From a virus, in the IMG/VR virus record IMGVR_UViG_3300032236_000815, positions 1 to 64,000 of that record: 64,000 nucleotides of DNA; one strand, 5' to 3'. Both the position numbers and the translations under genes were made by a program. The notes under the pieces are model-generated. The model was not told the DNA's origin and did no database searches. It saw nothing but the letters and a program-made list of their open reading frames with translations. Positions within the stretch are counted from its first letter, which is position 1. Every line of letters starts with the position of its first letter. This document shows positions 52,336-61,486 of the stretch, piece after piece.

Positions 52336-52704
52336 ATGGCAGCAGGAAATTTACCAGCAAAACAACAAACATCTGTACAATCAGTTAGATCATTCTTTGA
52401 CAATTATTTTATAAAACAAAATAGTTTTCCGGCCGCTGAGATAGATGCAGTTATTGGTTTCTTTACTAAACGTGGTTTTGATCAACCTAGTGCTCGTAGT
52501 GTAAGCATAATAATGCTAAATCAAGCTCGTACAGAAAACGTAAGTGTATTTCAATTTTTAGATACACTAAAAGGTTTAACAGATGTTCAACTAGGACAAT
52601 TGGTTGCTCAAGTGTTAAACACCTATAGAGAAAATACAAGTTATCTAGGTTATAGAATACAACCAGTAACCGATACGTACGAAAGTAGAAATATTTTAGT
52701 ATAA
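52336..52704 (+). CDS. Hypothetical protein
   Basis: 122-aa ORF tightly packed in the operon. Confidence 0.7.
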   Translation: MAAGNLPAKQQTSVQSVRSFFDNYFIKQNSFPAAEIDAVIGFFTKRGFDQPSARSVSIIMLNQARTENVSVFQFLDTLKGLTDVQLGQLVAQVLNTYRENTSYLGYRIQPVTDTYESRNILV

Positions 52705-52705
52705 T

Positions 52706-53134
52706 ATGGCCAAATTTGCTCGTGGAAAGTATGTAATGAAACACCCAGAGAAGTATGTAGGAACTAAACAGCCTACATACCGTTCGAGCTGGGAATGGAG
52801 TTTCATGAACTTTTGCGACAACAATAAAAGCATAATGAAGTGGGCAAGCGAAGCTGTACAGATACCCTACCGCGATCCACTTACTAATCGCCAAACAGTT
52901 TATGTTCCAGATTTTTTCATACAGTATCAAGATAAATTTGGAAGAATACTTACTGAACTAATTGAAATAAAACCTGCTAGTCAGACTATTTTGGAACGTG
53001 TGGGTAAGAACAAATATAATCAAGCACAGTATGTTAAGAATCAAGCTAAATGGGCTAGTGCTAAACTTTGGTGTAATCAACAAGGTATAAAGTTTAGGAT
53101 TCTAAACGAAAATGATATATTCAGTCAGACATAA
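52706..53134 (+). CDS. gp4: Head completion nuclease, gp4-like (TnsA-type fold)
   Basis: P.KY.G...YRSSWE..FM..CD....WASE...IPY...YVPDF...EIKP..Q...N.AKW..A. Confidence 0.9.
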   Translation: MAKFARGKYVMKHPEKYVGTKQPTYRSSWEWSFMNFCDNNKSIMKWASEAVQIPYRDPLTNRQTVYVPDFFIQYQDKFGRILTELIEIKPASQTILERVGKNKYNQAQYVKNQAKWASAKLWCNQQGIKFRILNENDIFSQT

Positions 53135-53148
53135 GCATAAGTAATATT

Positions 53149-53631
53149 ATGACTAAAAAACTTGAAGAAATCCTCAACTTACCTGAAAGCAAAAAGATTG
53201 TAAAACAGGAAGAAAAGAAACAAGCAAAGGCAGAGCTTGCTCAACCGTTTTTGCGTGACATGTCAGAATATGACAAAATTTCTGCGGCGCTTCCACAAGT
53301 AAAAGGGCTAGGTGATGCAGGCGATGCCGAGCTAGATGCACTAGCTCAAAAAGCACAAGATGCGTATGACGATATCATGGACTTGGGCATGAACGTTGAA
53401 GCTAGATATAGCGGCCGTTTGTTTGAAGTAGCCGCAAGTATGTTAGGACATGCTATCAGTGCTAAGAGTGCCAAGTTAGACAAAAAGCTGAAAATGATCG
53501 ATTTACAGCTTAAGAAACAGAAATTAGACCAGGATACAGTAGCCGCAGATGAAGGAATTAATATCCAAGGTGAAGGCTTTATTGTTACAGATCGTAATAG
53601 TTTGCTGGAAAAATTAAAGAATATGAAATAA
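53149..53631 (+). CDS. gp16: Terminase small subunit, gp16-like
   Basis: Helical, R.FEVA..ML..A..A..K motif, C-terminal DRN.LL; upstream of the large terminase. Confidence 0.65.
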   Translation: MTKKLEEILNLPESKKIVKQEEKKQAKAELAQPFLRDMSEYDKISAALPQVKGLGDAGDAELDALAQKAQDAYDDIMDLGMNVEARYSGRLFEVAASMLGHAISAKSAKLDKKLKMIDLQLKKQKLDQDTVAADEGINIQGEGFIVTDRNSLLEKLKNMK

Positions 53632-53652
53632 ATATAGTACTAGGACTATAAC

Positions 53653-54276
53653 ATGAAATCATTTAAAGAATATTTAACCGAGAGCAAAAAAGTTTACGAA
53701 TTTAAAGTAAAAGTTGCTGGTGACTGCCCAAAAGACTGCACAAGTCTAGTTAAAGCGGCTCTATCAGAATTTAACGTAAGTTCAGTAAGTGCTCCTCGTC
53801 GTACGCCAATCCAGGAACATCACAGCGAGTTCCCTGAGCATAAAAACATCCATATGACTATTATCGATGTTACCACAGATTATCCAGCAACTAGTTTACA
53901 AATTCGTGAAAGAGTTGCAAGCGGCCTTGGCTTGGCACAGTCTTCTGTTAAAGTTAAATCTATGTTTGAAGAACGCGAACATGCAATTAATCATGCAAAT
54001 GATGAAACAACCGGCGAAGCCATTCTTGGTGTTGATTACGAAGCAAGCGATAATCAAGATTTAGTTGGTGAAAAGCGTAAGTTAAATTTCCTACAAGAAT
54101 TAAACAAAGAAAAACATCAAGGTACCGAGTATACAGGAGTTAATGACCAACTTCTTGCAAAAGGTCAACCTAAACATGTTAAAGAAACCCCGGCTAAACA
54201 AGTAGAGTCAAAAACAAAATTCGTTAATTTGTTTACTAAGACTAAACACGTAGATCCAGTTAAAGGAGTCAAATAA
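53653..54276 (+). CDS. Probable internal head / prohead core protein
   Basis: N-terminus MKSFKEYLTE resembles the T4 capsid-targeting sequence (MKTYQEFIAE); TAAATA at 53629. Confidence 0.55.
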   Translation: MKSFKEYLTESKKVYEFKVKVAGDCPKDCTSLVKAALSEFNVSSVSAPRRTPIQEHHSEFPEHKNIHMTIIDVTTDYPATSLQIRERVASGLGLAQSSVKVKSMFEEREHAINHANDETTGEAILGVDYEASDNQDLVGEKRKLNFLQELNKEKHQGTEYTGVNDQLLAKGQPKHVKETPAKQVESKTKFVNLFTKTKHVDPVKGVK

Positions 54277-55082
54277 TGAATTTTCAAGAATTGGCAGCAA
54301 AATTAAAAGCAATAGAAGAAAACGCAACTGCTGGCGCTACCGGTAGCGGAAACGTTGCATCAGCCGCAATTGGTGCTAGTACACCAGAGATAGATGACGG
54401 TATGGAAGAAGCAATTACTAGTGCTCCTCCAGTTGCACCGACAAAAGATGATGGTCCTGATACAGCAGAATGCGGAATGATGCCTATGCCTCCAATGATG
54501 CCTCATCCAGAAAAACAACAAGACAATGTTACAATGAATGTAAGTATGAATGGATCAGGCGAAGGCGGAATTCGTAGCTTGATGGATATTTTACGTAACA
54601 TTGAAAAAGGTGCAGACACTGCACACCCACATGATGTTAGTGCATTGTTTGGCGAACCAAGTAGCGACCACGAACACGAAGAGCCAATCATGGGCGGCAA
54701 AGTGGATATTATGTCTTTAGAACAAGACATGGAAGAAAATATTGAAGACGGAAAGACTTGGGGCAATAGTACCCACGGTGATTCAGGCGCACACACAATG
54801 GGCATTAAATCAGTTACTCCAAAAGGTAATGATTTGTCCAGCACCGGCGGAACTGAATTTCCAAAAGTAAACGGCGGCGGCAACCCGATGAGCGAATCAT
54901 TAGTTGGACGTTTACAAGCAATGTACCAACAAATCAAAGAAGCAGACGACAATAAAACTATGAGTCGTGCGGCTAAAGGTGTAATGAAATACGGTAAAGA
55001 CGGTATGCAAGCACTTGCCAAAGCTGGTAAAGAAGGCAAGAACTTAGACAAAGTTAGAGACAAATACAACAAATACGATTAA
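54276..55082 (+). CDS. Acidic low-complexity protein, probable internal head protein
   Basis: MNFQEL..KLKAIEE start, several (I/L/M)xE sites, basic C-terminal module. Confidence 0.55.
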   Translation: MNFQELAAKLKAIEENATAGATGSGNVASAAIGASTPEIDDGMEEAITSAPPVAPTKDDGPDTAECGMMPMPPMMPHPEKQQDNVTMNVSMNGSGEGGIRSLMDILRNIEKGADTAHPHDVSALFGEPSSDHEHEEPIMGGKVDIMSLEQDMEENIEDGKTWGNSTHGDSGAHTMGIKSVTPKGNDLSSTGGTEFPKVNGGGNPMSESLVGRLQAMYQQIKEADDNKTMSRAAKGVMKYGKDGMQALAKAGKEGKNLDKVRDKYNKYD

Positions 55083-55118
55083 TAAATTCGTCGCAGTTAG
55101 CACTCTGTCCGATAGTGC

Positions 55119-55147
55119 CAAATAGACTCTTCGGAGTCTATTTTTTT
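55119..55147 (+). terminator. Rho-independent terminator
   Basis: AATAGACTC-TTCG-GAGTCTATT followed by a T-run. Confidence 0.92.
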
Positions 55148-55161
55148 CGGTAAATAAATTT

Positions 55162-56763
55162 ATGGCAAAATCATTAGATGGCGTTCTAACCAAAAAGGCG
55201 CATACAAGAGAAAAGTTTTCAGAACAAGAGATTCTGGACATGGCCACCTGCATGGATCCAGAGTCTGGGTATTTGCATTTTGCTAAGAACTTTTTTCACA
55301 TTCAGCATCCTGTTAAAGGTAAAGTAAAATTTGAACCTTTTGAATATCAGGAAAGATTACTAAGCGCATATCACGGATATCGTTTTAATATCAATATGCT
55401 ACCACGCCAAAGTGGTAAAACTACTTGTGCATCGGCTTACTTGTTATGGTATGCTATGTTTCATCCAGATCAAACGATTCTAATTGCCGCACACAAATAC
55501 ACAGGCGCACAGGAAATTATGCAACGTATCCGCTATGGATACGAACTATGCCCGGATCACATACGTGCGGGTGTGGTAAACTACAACAAAGGGAGTATCG
55601 AATTTGATAACGGCTCAAGAATTGTATCAGCTACTACTACCGGCAATACTGGTCGTGGTATGTCAATATCCTTATTATACTGTGACGAGTTTGCATTCTT
55701 GCAACCTAATATTGCAGAAGAGTTCTGGACATCTATCAGCCCAACACTAGCAACTGGTGGTAGAGCAATTATTACTTCAACACCTAATAGTGACGAAGAC
55801 ACATTTGCTATCATCTGGAAAGAAAGTCAAGACCAATTTGACTTACACGGTAATACTCGTGAAGACGGTCTAGGTCGTAACGGCTTCCACGGATTTAAAG
55901 CAGAGTGGTGGGAACATCCAGATCGCGGAGAAGAATGGAAAGCAACTGAAATGGGACGCATCGGCGAAGAACGTTTCCGTCGTGAGTATGGTTGCGAGTT
56001 CTTGGTATTTGACGAAACACTAGTTAACTCGCTTAAACTTGCAGAACTTGTTGGTAGAGAACCTATACTAAAAATGGGGCAAGTTCGTTGGTATAAGAAA
56101 CCAACAAAAGGTCATGTTTACCTTGTAGCATTAGATCCTAGTTTAGGAACTGGCGGAGACTATGGTGCTATTGAAGTGTTTGAAATGCCCAGTATGACAC
56201 AAGTTGCTGAATGGCAACACAACATTACACCTATTCAGCAACAAGTTAAAATCTTACGAGACGTGCTGAAATATATCGCAGATGAGCTAGAAGGCGAATC
56301 CTACGATCAAATCTACTGGAGTGTAGAAAATAACACCGTGGGTGAAAGTGCGTTAGTTGTTATAGATAACTTAGGGGAAGAAACATTCCCAGGACTGTTC
56401 TTAAGCGAACCTATACGCAAAGGACATGTTAAAAAATTCCGCAAGGGATTTAATACTACATTTGGTACTAAAATTAGCACTTGTGCTAAGGTTAAGTATC
56501 TGATTGAAGAAGACAAAATGGTGCTTAATAGCCGCCCCTTAATTAGCGAACTTAAAACTTACATTGCCAAAGGCACTAGTTTTGCGGCTAAAGAAGGGCA
56601 ACACGATGACTTAGTATCCTCATTATTGCTAATAGTCCGTATGGGATTATTGCTAGCAGAATGGGATCCTACTGTGCTAGACCGCTTGAGCGTAACTAGC
56701 GACTGGGTAACTGAAGAAGACTTCGAACCGCCCTTACCGATATTCATATCAACCGGTATGTGA
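55162..56763 (+). CDS. gp17: Terminase large subunit, gp17-like
   Basis: Walker A PRQSGKT, GRG.S, Walker B LLYCDEFAF, TSTPN, nuclease ALDPS.G.GGD, HDDLV; TAAATA at 55151. Confidence 0.97.
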   Translation: MAKSLDGVLTKKAHTREKFSEQEILDMATCMDPESGYLHFAKNFFHIQHPVKGKVKFEPFEYQERLLSAYHGYRFNINMLPRQSGKTTCASAYLLWYAMFHPDQTILIAAHKYTGAQEIMQRIRYGYELCPDHIRAGVVNYNKGSIEFDNGSRIVSATTTGNTGRGMSISLLYCDEFAFLQPNIAEEFWTSISPTLATGGRAIITSTPNSDEDTFAIIWKESQDQFDLHGNTREDGLGRNGFHGFKAEWWEHPDRGEEWKATEMGRIGEERFRREYGCEFLVFDETLVNSLKLAELVGREPILKMGQVRWYKKPTKGHVYLVALDPSLGTGGDYGAIEVFEMPSMTQVAEWQHNITPIQQQVKILRDVLKYIADELEGESYDQIYWSVENNTVGESALVVIDNLGEETFPGLFLSEPIRKGHVKKFRKGFNTTFGTKISTCAKVKYLIEEDKMVLNSRPLISELKTYIAKGTSFAAKEGQHDDLVSSLLLIVRMGLLLAEWDPTVLDRLSVTSDWVTEEDFEPPLPIFISTGM

Positions 56764-56773
56764 TAAATATAAC

Positions 56774-59287
56774 ATGAACACGAATTTAGATAAAATAGCA
56801 TTGGACTTGTATGGAAAGATTGAAACACGCTTTCCTAACATTAAAATTGGTGACGAAAACGCCAAAGTTCTAAGCAAAAAAAGCGATATTCCAAACGCTC
56901 GCTTCTTTGAGTTTGAATACAAAGAAAACGGCAAAGGCTTTGGAACTGTTGCTATTACATTAGATGAAGACGACGGAATAGTTGTACAAATCAGCGGAGA
57001 CCTAGCAGATAGCCAACACCATGGTGCTTTTAGATTCATCCGTAGTTTTAGACAATTTGCTAAAGATCGTTTGTTAAATTTTGATGTGCAAAATATCGGC
57101 AAAGATAATTTAGATAAACGTGATTACGAATTTAGAGCAAAACCCAAGGAAGAACCGATGGAACCTATAATGGAAAACAAAATGTTTGGTACAGCTAAAA
57201 TGAGCTACCAAGATTTAGGCGAAGCAAGGTTGGTTGTTAAACATAGCCAGCCAGTTAATACAGATATTGCCGCTGGACGTACAATGCATATTGAAAGCAT
57301 TTACATCGAAAACGCAGAAGGTGAGCGTTTTAAATATCCATACAAACATTTAAATGGTGCTCGTGCTTTAGCAGAACACATTAAAGCAGGCGGCAATCCA
57401 TATGATCCGATCGGACAACACATTGCTAGTTTAAGCGAAGAATTAGCTCAACTACGCAAGTTTAAAAATTATGTAGGACGCAACGATACATTATCAGAGG
57501 CCATGGATGATATTAATCAGCAGGTTGCTGAACGAATCGAAGCCGTGAAAAAAGAAGTTCATAATCTACAACGTCCTACATACTATGCTCAGTTTGCAGA
57601 ATCGTTTACTGCAAATGAAAATCAAGAAATCCCAGAAGAAATTCTTAATGACTGGATTGATCGTTTAACAGTTCGTTCTTTCAATGAAGAATTAAAAACA
57701 GCATTTCCTTATATCTATCGACTAGTAGGAGAACAAGCCGCTCCGATTAAAGAGCTAGCACCTGACGATATCTTAAGTGAATTACGCTCAGAAGAAAAAG
57801 ATGAAAAGGGCAACGTAGTTCGTTGGAAAGAAGAAGGCGAGTGGAAAAAAGCTGAAAAGAAAGATGGCCGCGGCAAAGTTACTAATTTAAGTGATAAAGC
57901 TCGTCGTGAAACAGAAAAAATGACTAAAGAAGAAATCGAATTAGAGAATTTTTTCAATAGTATAGTTGAAGACGAAGAAAGTCAAGATGGTGAAAATACA
58001 TTGTTTAGTCCTAATAAGGCTACACAACAAGCCGCAATTGACAAGTTTAATGAAATCATGAAGACTGAATTAAAAGGCGGTCCTAATGGTATTAATATCA
58101 TTGACAGTTTGAAAGGCCTTATTGACGATCCAGAGTTCTTGGAAAAGATGAAAAATATCGATCCAGATTTAGATGCACGTGGTGCAATTCAACAAGAACT
58201 AAATGGCATGGCTAAAGATGATTCAGAACTTGCTAGAATTATTCCACAGTTAGATTTTAAAGGCGATGGCGGCGAAGCACCGACAGGCGGAGAGCAAGCT
58301 CCTCCACCAGAGGCTCCATTAGCACCAAGTCCAGCACCAGAAGCAGGCGCAGTTCCTCCAGGTGCTCCGGCGGCTCCTCCAGCACCGGGCGCAGAAGCGG
58401 GCGCAGTTCCTCCAGAAGGTGCTCCTCCAGCACCAGCACCAGTTGCTGAAAGTATGAACACATCAAGACTAAAAGCTAAGTTCATTAAAGCTCGTGAATG
58501 CGGTGCTGAGTTAGATCACAAAATGGATTTTGGTCACAAAACAATGACATTGCACGATGCTATTCGTGAATGCGGACTAACTCCAATGGAATGCGGTTTT
58601 GCATCCGAAGAAGATCTTGGACAAGATGCAAGCGGTATTGACCAAATGCTTAAGAGTGTTTCAGGTTTTTGGAATCGTGAAGAAAAGAATTTTACAATCG
58701 GCGGAACTCGTGCCAAAACTAGAATTGCTAAAGGATTCAAAGACGGTGAATTCCCTAATGCTACCGAGCAAGAACTACAGCATGTATTCCATATGATTGA
58801 TAAAATGGATCCTAGCGAAGAGCATGGACACCATGACGAACTAAGTCGAATTAAACAACTAGCACACGGACACGATAGCGAAGTAGATGAAGGTAGTGAC
58901 GATCAAGAATTTGCTAGTATGATGCAACAGTTTATAGACAAACATCAAGGAGCAGATGTTGATGGTATGTTAGATCAATATCTAAAAAGCCATCCAGATG
59001 CTAAAGTAACACGCAACCATACCAGTAGTGGAACAATTAATGGTAAGTCTGCAAGTTACGATGATGCTATGAAACAAATGCCTAAAATTAGTTTTGGAGG
59101 ACAAGACTTTGATATGAATAATCCAGATCAAATGGGTAAAAACATTCAAGGCATGATGGGAAATATGATGGGCAAGGCACAAGGTCAAATGCCTAATCAG
59201 AACGTACAATTTCCAGGTGGGCAGATGAATCCATCTGACATGATGAAGGGCATCATGAGCAAAATTAATTTTGGAGATCAAAAATGA
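56774..59287 (+). CDS. Large acidic hypothetical protein, probably head-associated
   Basis: 837 aa; TAAATA at 56764; Pro/Ala-rich linker; many xxE sites; ELSRIKQLAH motif. Confidence 0.7.
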   Translation: MNTNLDKIALDLYGKIETRFPNIKIGDENAKVLSKKSDIPNARFFEFEYKENGKGFGTVAITLDEDDGIVVQISGDLADSQHHGAFRFIRSFRQFAKDRLLNFDVQNIGKDNLDKRDYEFRAKPKEEPMEPIMENKMFGTAKMSYQDLGEARLVVKHSQPVNTDIAAGRTMHIESIYIENAEGERFKYPYKHLNGARALAEHIKAGGNPYDPIGQHIASLSEELAQLRKFKNYVGRNDTLSEAMDDINQQVAERIEAVKKEVHNLQRPTYYAQFAESFTANENQEIPEEILNDWIDRLTVRSFNEELKTAFPYIYRLVGEQAAPIKELAPDDILSELRSEEKDEKGNVVRWKEEGEWKKAEKKDGRGKVTNLSDKARRETEKMTKEEIELENFFNSIVEDEESQDGENTLFSPNKATQQAAIDKFNEIMKTELKGGPNGINIIDSLKGLIDDPEFLEKMKNIDPDLDARGAIQQELNGMAKDDSELARIIPQLDFKGDGGEAPTGGEQAPPPEAPLAPSPAPEAGAVPPGAPAAPPAPGAEAGAVPPEGAPPAPAPVAESMNTSRLKAKFIKARECGAELDHKMDFGHKTMTLHDAIRECGLTPMECGFASEEDLGQDASGIDQMLKSVSGFWNREEKNFTIGGTRAKTRIAKGFKDGEFPNATEQELQHVFHMIDKMDPSEEHGHHDELSRIKQLAHGHDSEVDEGSDDQEFASMMQQFIDKHQGADVDGMLDQYLKSHPDAKVTRNHTSSGTINGKSASYDDAMKQMPKISFGGQDFDMNNPDQMGKNIQGMMGNMMGKAQGQMPNQNVQFPGGQMNPSDMMKGIMSKINFGDQK

Positions 59288-60270
59288 AAAGAATAGATGA
59301 ATCACAACTATCAGCACGAGTAGCACAACTACGTGAAAAGATGGTTGCTTTAGAAGGTGACACTGCTTCACAAGTTGGCAATGTTATTGGACAAGCCGCA
59401 AGAACAGGAGCAAACGTTGTAACTGCACCTGTACGCGGAGCATGGGACATGGCTAAATCAATAGCTGGCGGTGCAGCCGATGCAGCCAAAGGAGCATGGA
59501 ACGGTTTTACTGGCGGTGGACTAGATCCGTTGCATCCAATTGATTCTGCAACTAATGCCGCAAATAATTTTTCTCAAGCTGGGAAACCTGCGGCGGGCGG
59601 TGCGGCAGCTCCAGCTGGCGCAACAGCACCTGGTACTAAACCTGCGGCACCGGCAGCTCCTGCGGCTAAGCCAGCCGCTGGCAAATCAGATCCTGCTGTT
59701 CTAAAACTTCAACAAGATTTAATTGCTAAAGGTGCAAAAATTAAAGCTGACGGTATTATGGGACCAGCTACACAAGCGGCACAAAAACAATTTGGTGGAG
59801 CACCTGCGGCGGCAACTCCAGCGGCAACTCCAGCGGCAACTCCAGCGGCAACTCCAGCGGCACCAGCGGCAACTCCAGCGGCAACTCCAGCGGCACCAGC
59901 AGGCATGCAAGCAGTCGGCGATGACGAAGGCAACACAACTATTACTCGTCCAGACGGAAGCACAATGGTTGTCGGACCAGATGGTAAACAAATTATGCCT
60001 GGTTCAAATCCTAACTTGCCACAGAATAAAGGTGTTATGAACACTATCAGTAACAAGCTACAAGGTAAAGGCGAATTCCAAAAACCAACAGGATTTATTC
60101 CACCAACTCCTGCGCCTGCGGCAGCACCTGCGGCAGCACCTGCGGCAGCACCTGCGGTACAAGCCCCAACAGCAGATAACAAACCTCAACCACAAGGCGC
60201 AACCGTTTGGACAGAATCTACTGGATTCGATGAAGTTCAACGTTTGGTAAGTTTAGTTCACTATCGTTAA
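59284..60270 (+). CDS. Ala/Pro-rich protein with a peptidoglycan-binding (PG_binding_1-like) domain
   Basis: V.KLQQDL..KG..I.ADGIMGP.T.AA matches the DG..G..T..A motif. Confidence 0.75.
   Translation: MKRIDESQLSARVAQLREKMVALEGDTASQVGNVIGQAARTGANVVTAPVRGAWDMAKSIAGGAADAAKGAWNGFTGGGLDPLHPIDSATNAANNFSQAGKPAAGGAAAPAGATAPGTKPAAPAAPAAKPAAGKSDPAVLKLQQDLIAKGAKIKADGIMGPATQAAQKQFGGAPAAATPAATPAATPAATPAAPAATPAATPAAPAGMQAVGDDEGNTTITRPDGSTMVVGPDGKQIMPGSNPNLPQNKGVMNTISNKLQGKGEFQKPTGFIPPTPAPAAAPAAAPAAAPAVQAPTADNKPQPQGATVWTESTGFDEVQRLVSLVHYR
59809..59898 (+). repeat. Coding tandem repeat (GCGGCAACTCCA) x6 with two 9-nt variants, encoding AATP
   Basis: 4 perfect units, GCGGCACCA, 2 units, GCGGCACCA. Confidence 0.95.
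60115..60157 (+). repeat. Coding tandem repeat (CCTGCGGCAGCA) x3.5, encoding PAAA
   Basis: Read directly from the sequence. Confidence 0.9.
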
Positions 60271-60308
60271 AACGAATAAAAAATACCACATTTAGGGCAA
60301 GATTTTAC

Positions 60309-60354
60309 TTGCTCTTATAAATAAAAGCGTATACAATAACATGTATGCGCTTTT
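60309..60354 (+). promoter_or_regulatory. Composite gp32 control region: sigma70-like promoter, canonical late promoter and hairpin
   Basis: TTGCTC-17 nt-TACAAT (60309-60337); TATAAATA (60316-60323); AAAAGCGTATACA/TGTATGCGCTTTT stem (60323-60354). Confidence 0.65.
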
Positions 60355-60425
60355 GTTTTATGTAGATCATATAACAATACTAGGCAAATAAAAAGCACAT
60401 AAAGGCTAACAATAGGAGATATATT

Positions 60426-61418
60426 ATGGCAACTTTAGCTGAAATTAGAGCAAAACTAAAAGCATCTGAGCAAAAAGGTTCAGACAACAATCGTTCAGGC
60501 GGTGACAAATCAATTTACCCGTTCTGGAATCTTAAAGAAGGTGGCGAATCTACACTTAGATTTTTACCAGATGGTAACACCGACAACACTTTTTTCTGGG
60601 TAGAACGTGCAATGATCAAATTGCCATTCGCTGGAATCAAAGGTGAATCAGAAAGCAAACCCGTTACAGTACAAGTACCATGCGTAGAAATGTATGGCGA
60701 TTCTTGCCCAATCTTGGCAGAAGTACGTGGCTGGTTCAAAGACCCTTCATTAGAAGACATGGGTCGTAAATACTGGAAGAAGCGTTCTTATATTTTCCAA
60801 GGTTTCGTTGTTGAAGACGGACTAGGCGAAAAATCAGAAGACCAACCAGAAAATCCAATCCGCCGTTTCATTATCGGTCCACAAATTTTCCAATCAATTC
60901 GTTCAGCACTTGTTGATCCAGAGTTGGAAGACTTGCCAACTGACTACGTACATGGGTTGGACTATCGCATGAAGAAGACTTCAAAAGGTGGCTATGCTGA
61001 CTACTCAACATCTAGTTGGGCACGTCGTGAGCGTCCACTAAGCGATGCTGAACAAGCGGCTATTGAAACAAACGGCTTGTATAACTTGTCAGACTTTTTG
61101 CCTAAGAAACCAGGCGAAGTAGAATTGAAAGTTATGAAAGAAATGTTTGAAGCTTCAGTAGACGGCGAGCCATATGATATGGAACGTTGGGGTCAATACT
61201 TCAAGCCAGCAGGCATGAGCCAACAAACTGGCGATCCTGTAAAGCAAACTCCTAAAGCCTCTGCTCCAGTAGCAGAAGACAGCTACGAAGACGAAGCACC
61301 TGCTCCAGTAGCAAAGGCAGCACCTGCACCATCAGCACCAAAAGCTGATGCAACAGCAGGCGGCGATTCACGTGCTCAAGACATCTTGGCAATGATTCGC
61401 AATCGTCAAAAGCAATAA
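60426..61418 (+). CDS. gp32: Single-stranded DNA-binding protein, gp32-like
   Basis: LRFLPD, C.E..G..CP, YWKKRSY, K..KGGYADY..S.W, acidic/Ala-rich C-terminal region. Confidence 0.9.
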   Translation: MATLAEIRAKLKASEQKGSDNNRSGGDKSIYPFWNLKEGGESTLRFLPDGNTDNTFFWVERAMIKLPFAGIKGESESKPVTVQVPCVEMYGDSCPILAEVRGWFKDPSLEDMGRKYWKKRSYIFQGFVVEDGLGEKSEDQPENPIRRFIIGPQIFQSIRSALVDPELEDLPTDYVHGLDYRMKKTSKGGYADYSTSSWARRERPLSDAEQAAIETNGLYNLSDFLPKKPGEVELKVMKEMFEASVDGEPYDMERWGQYFKPAGMSQQTGDPVKQTPKASAPVAEDSYEDEAPAPVAKAAPAPSAPKADATAGGDSRAQDILAMIRNRQKQ

Positions 61419-61426
61419 AAAGTACA

Positions 61427-61467
61427 GCTCCCGGTCTTGTTCCTATAAGGTCCTCCGGGGGCGTTTT
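61427..61467 (+). terminator. GC-rich hairpin with U-tract between gp32 and uvsX (partial terminator or attenuator)
   Basis: GCTCCCGG/CCGGGGGC stem followed by GTTTT. Confidence 0.55.
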
Positions 61468-61486
61468 CATTTAGGAGAATTAATTT

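Noticed and set aside
41991-53134. Bacterial contractile injection system or tailocin locus
   Set aside because: Capsid, terminase, gp32 and UvsX/UvsY in the same window show a complete T4-like phage.
55162-56763. Intein or intron in the terminase (or in uvsX)
   Set aside because: Both have ordinary length and contiguous motifs, with no intein splice-junction signatures.
59809-60157. CRISPR-like array
   Set aside because: Contiguous 12-nt coding repeats with no spacers; no cas genes.
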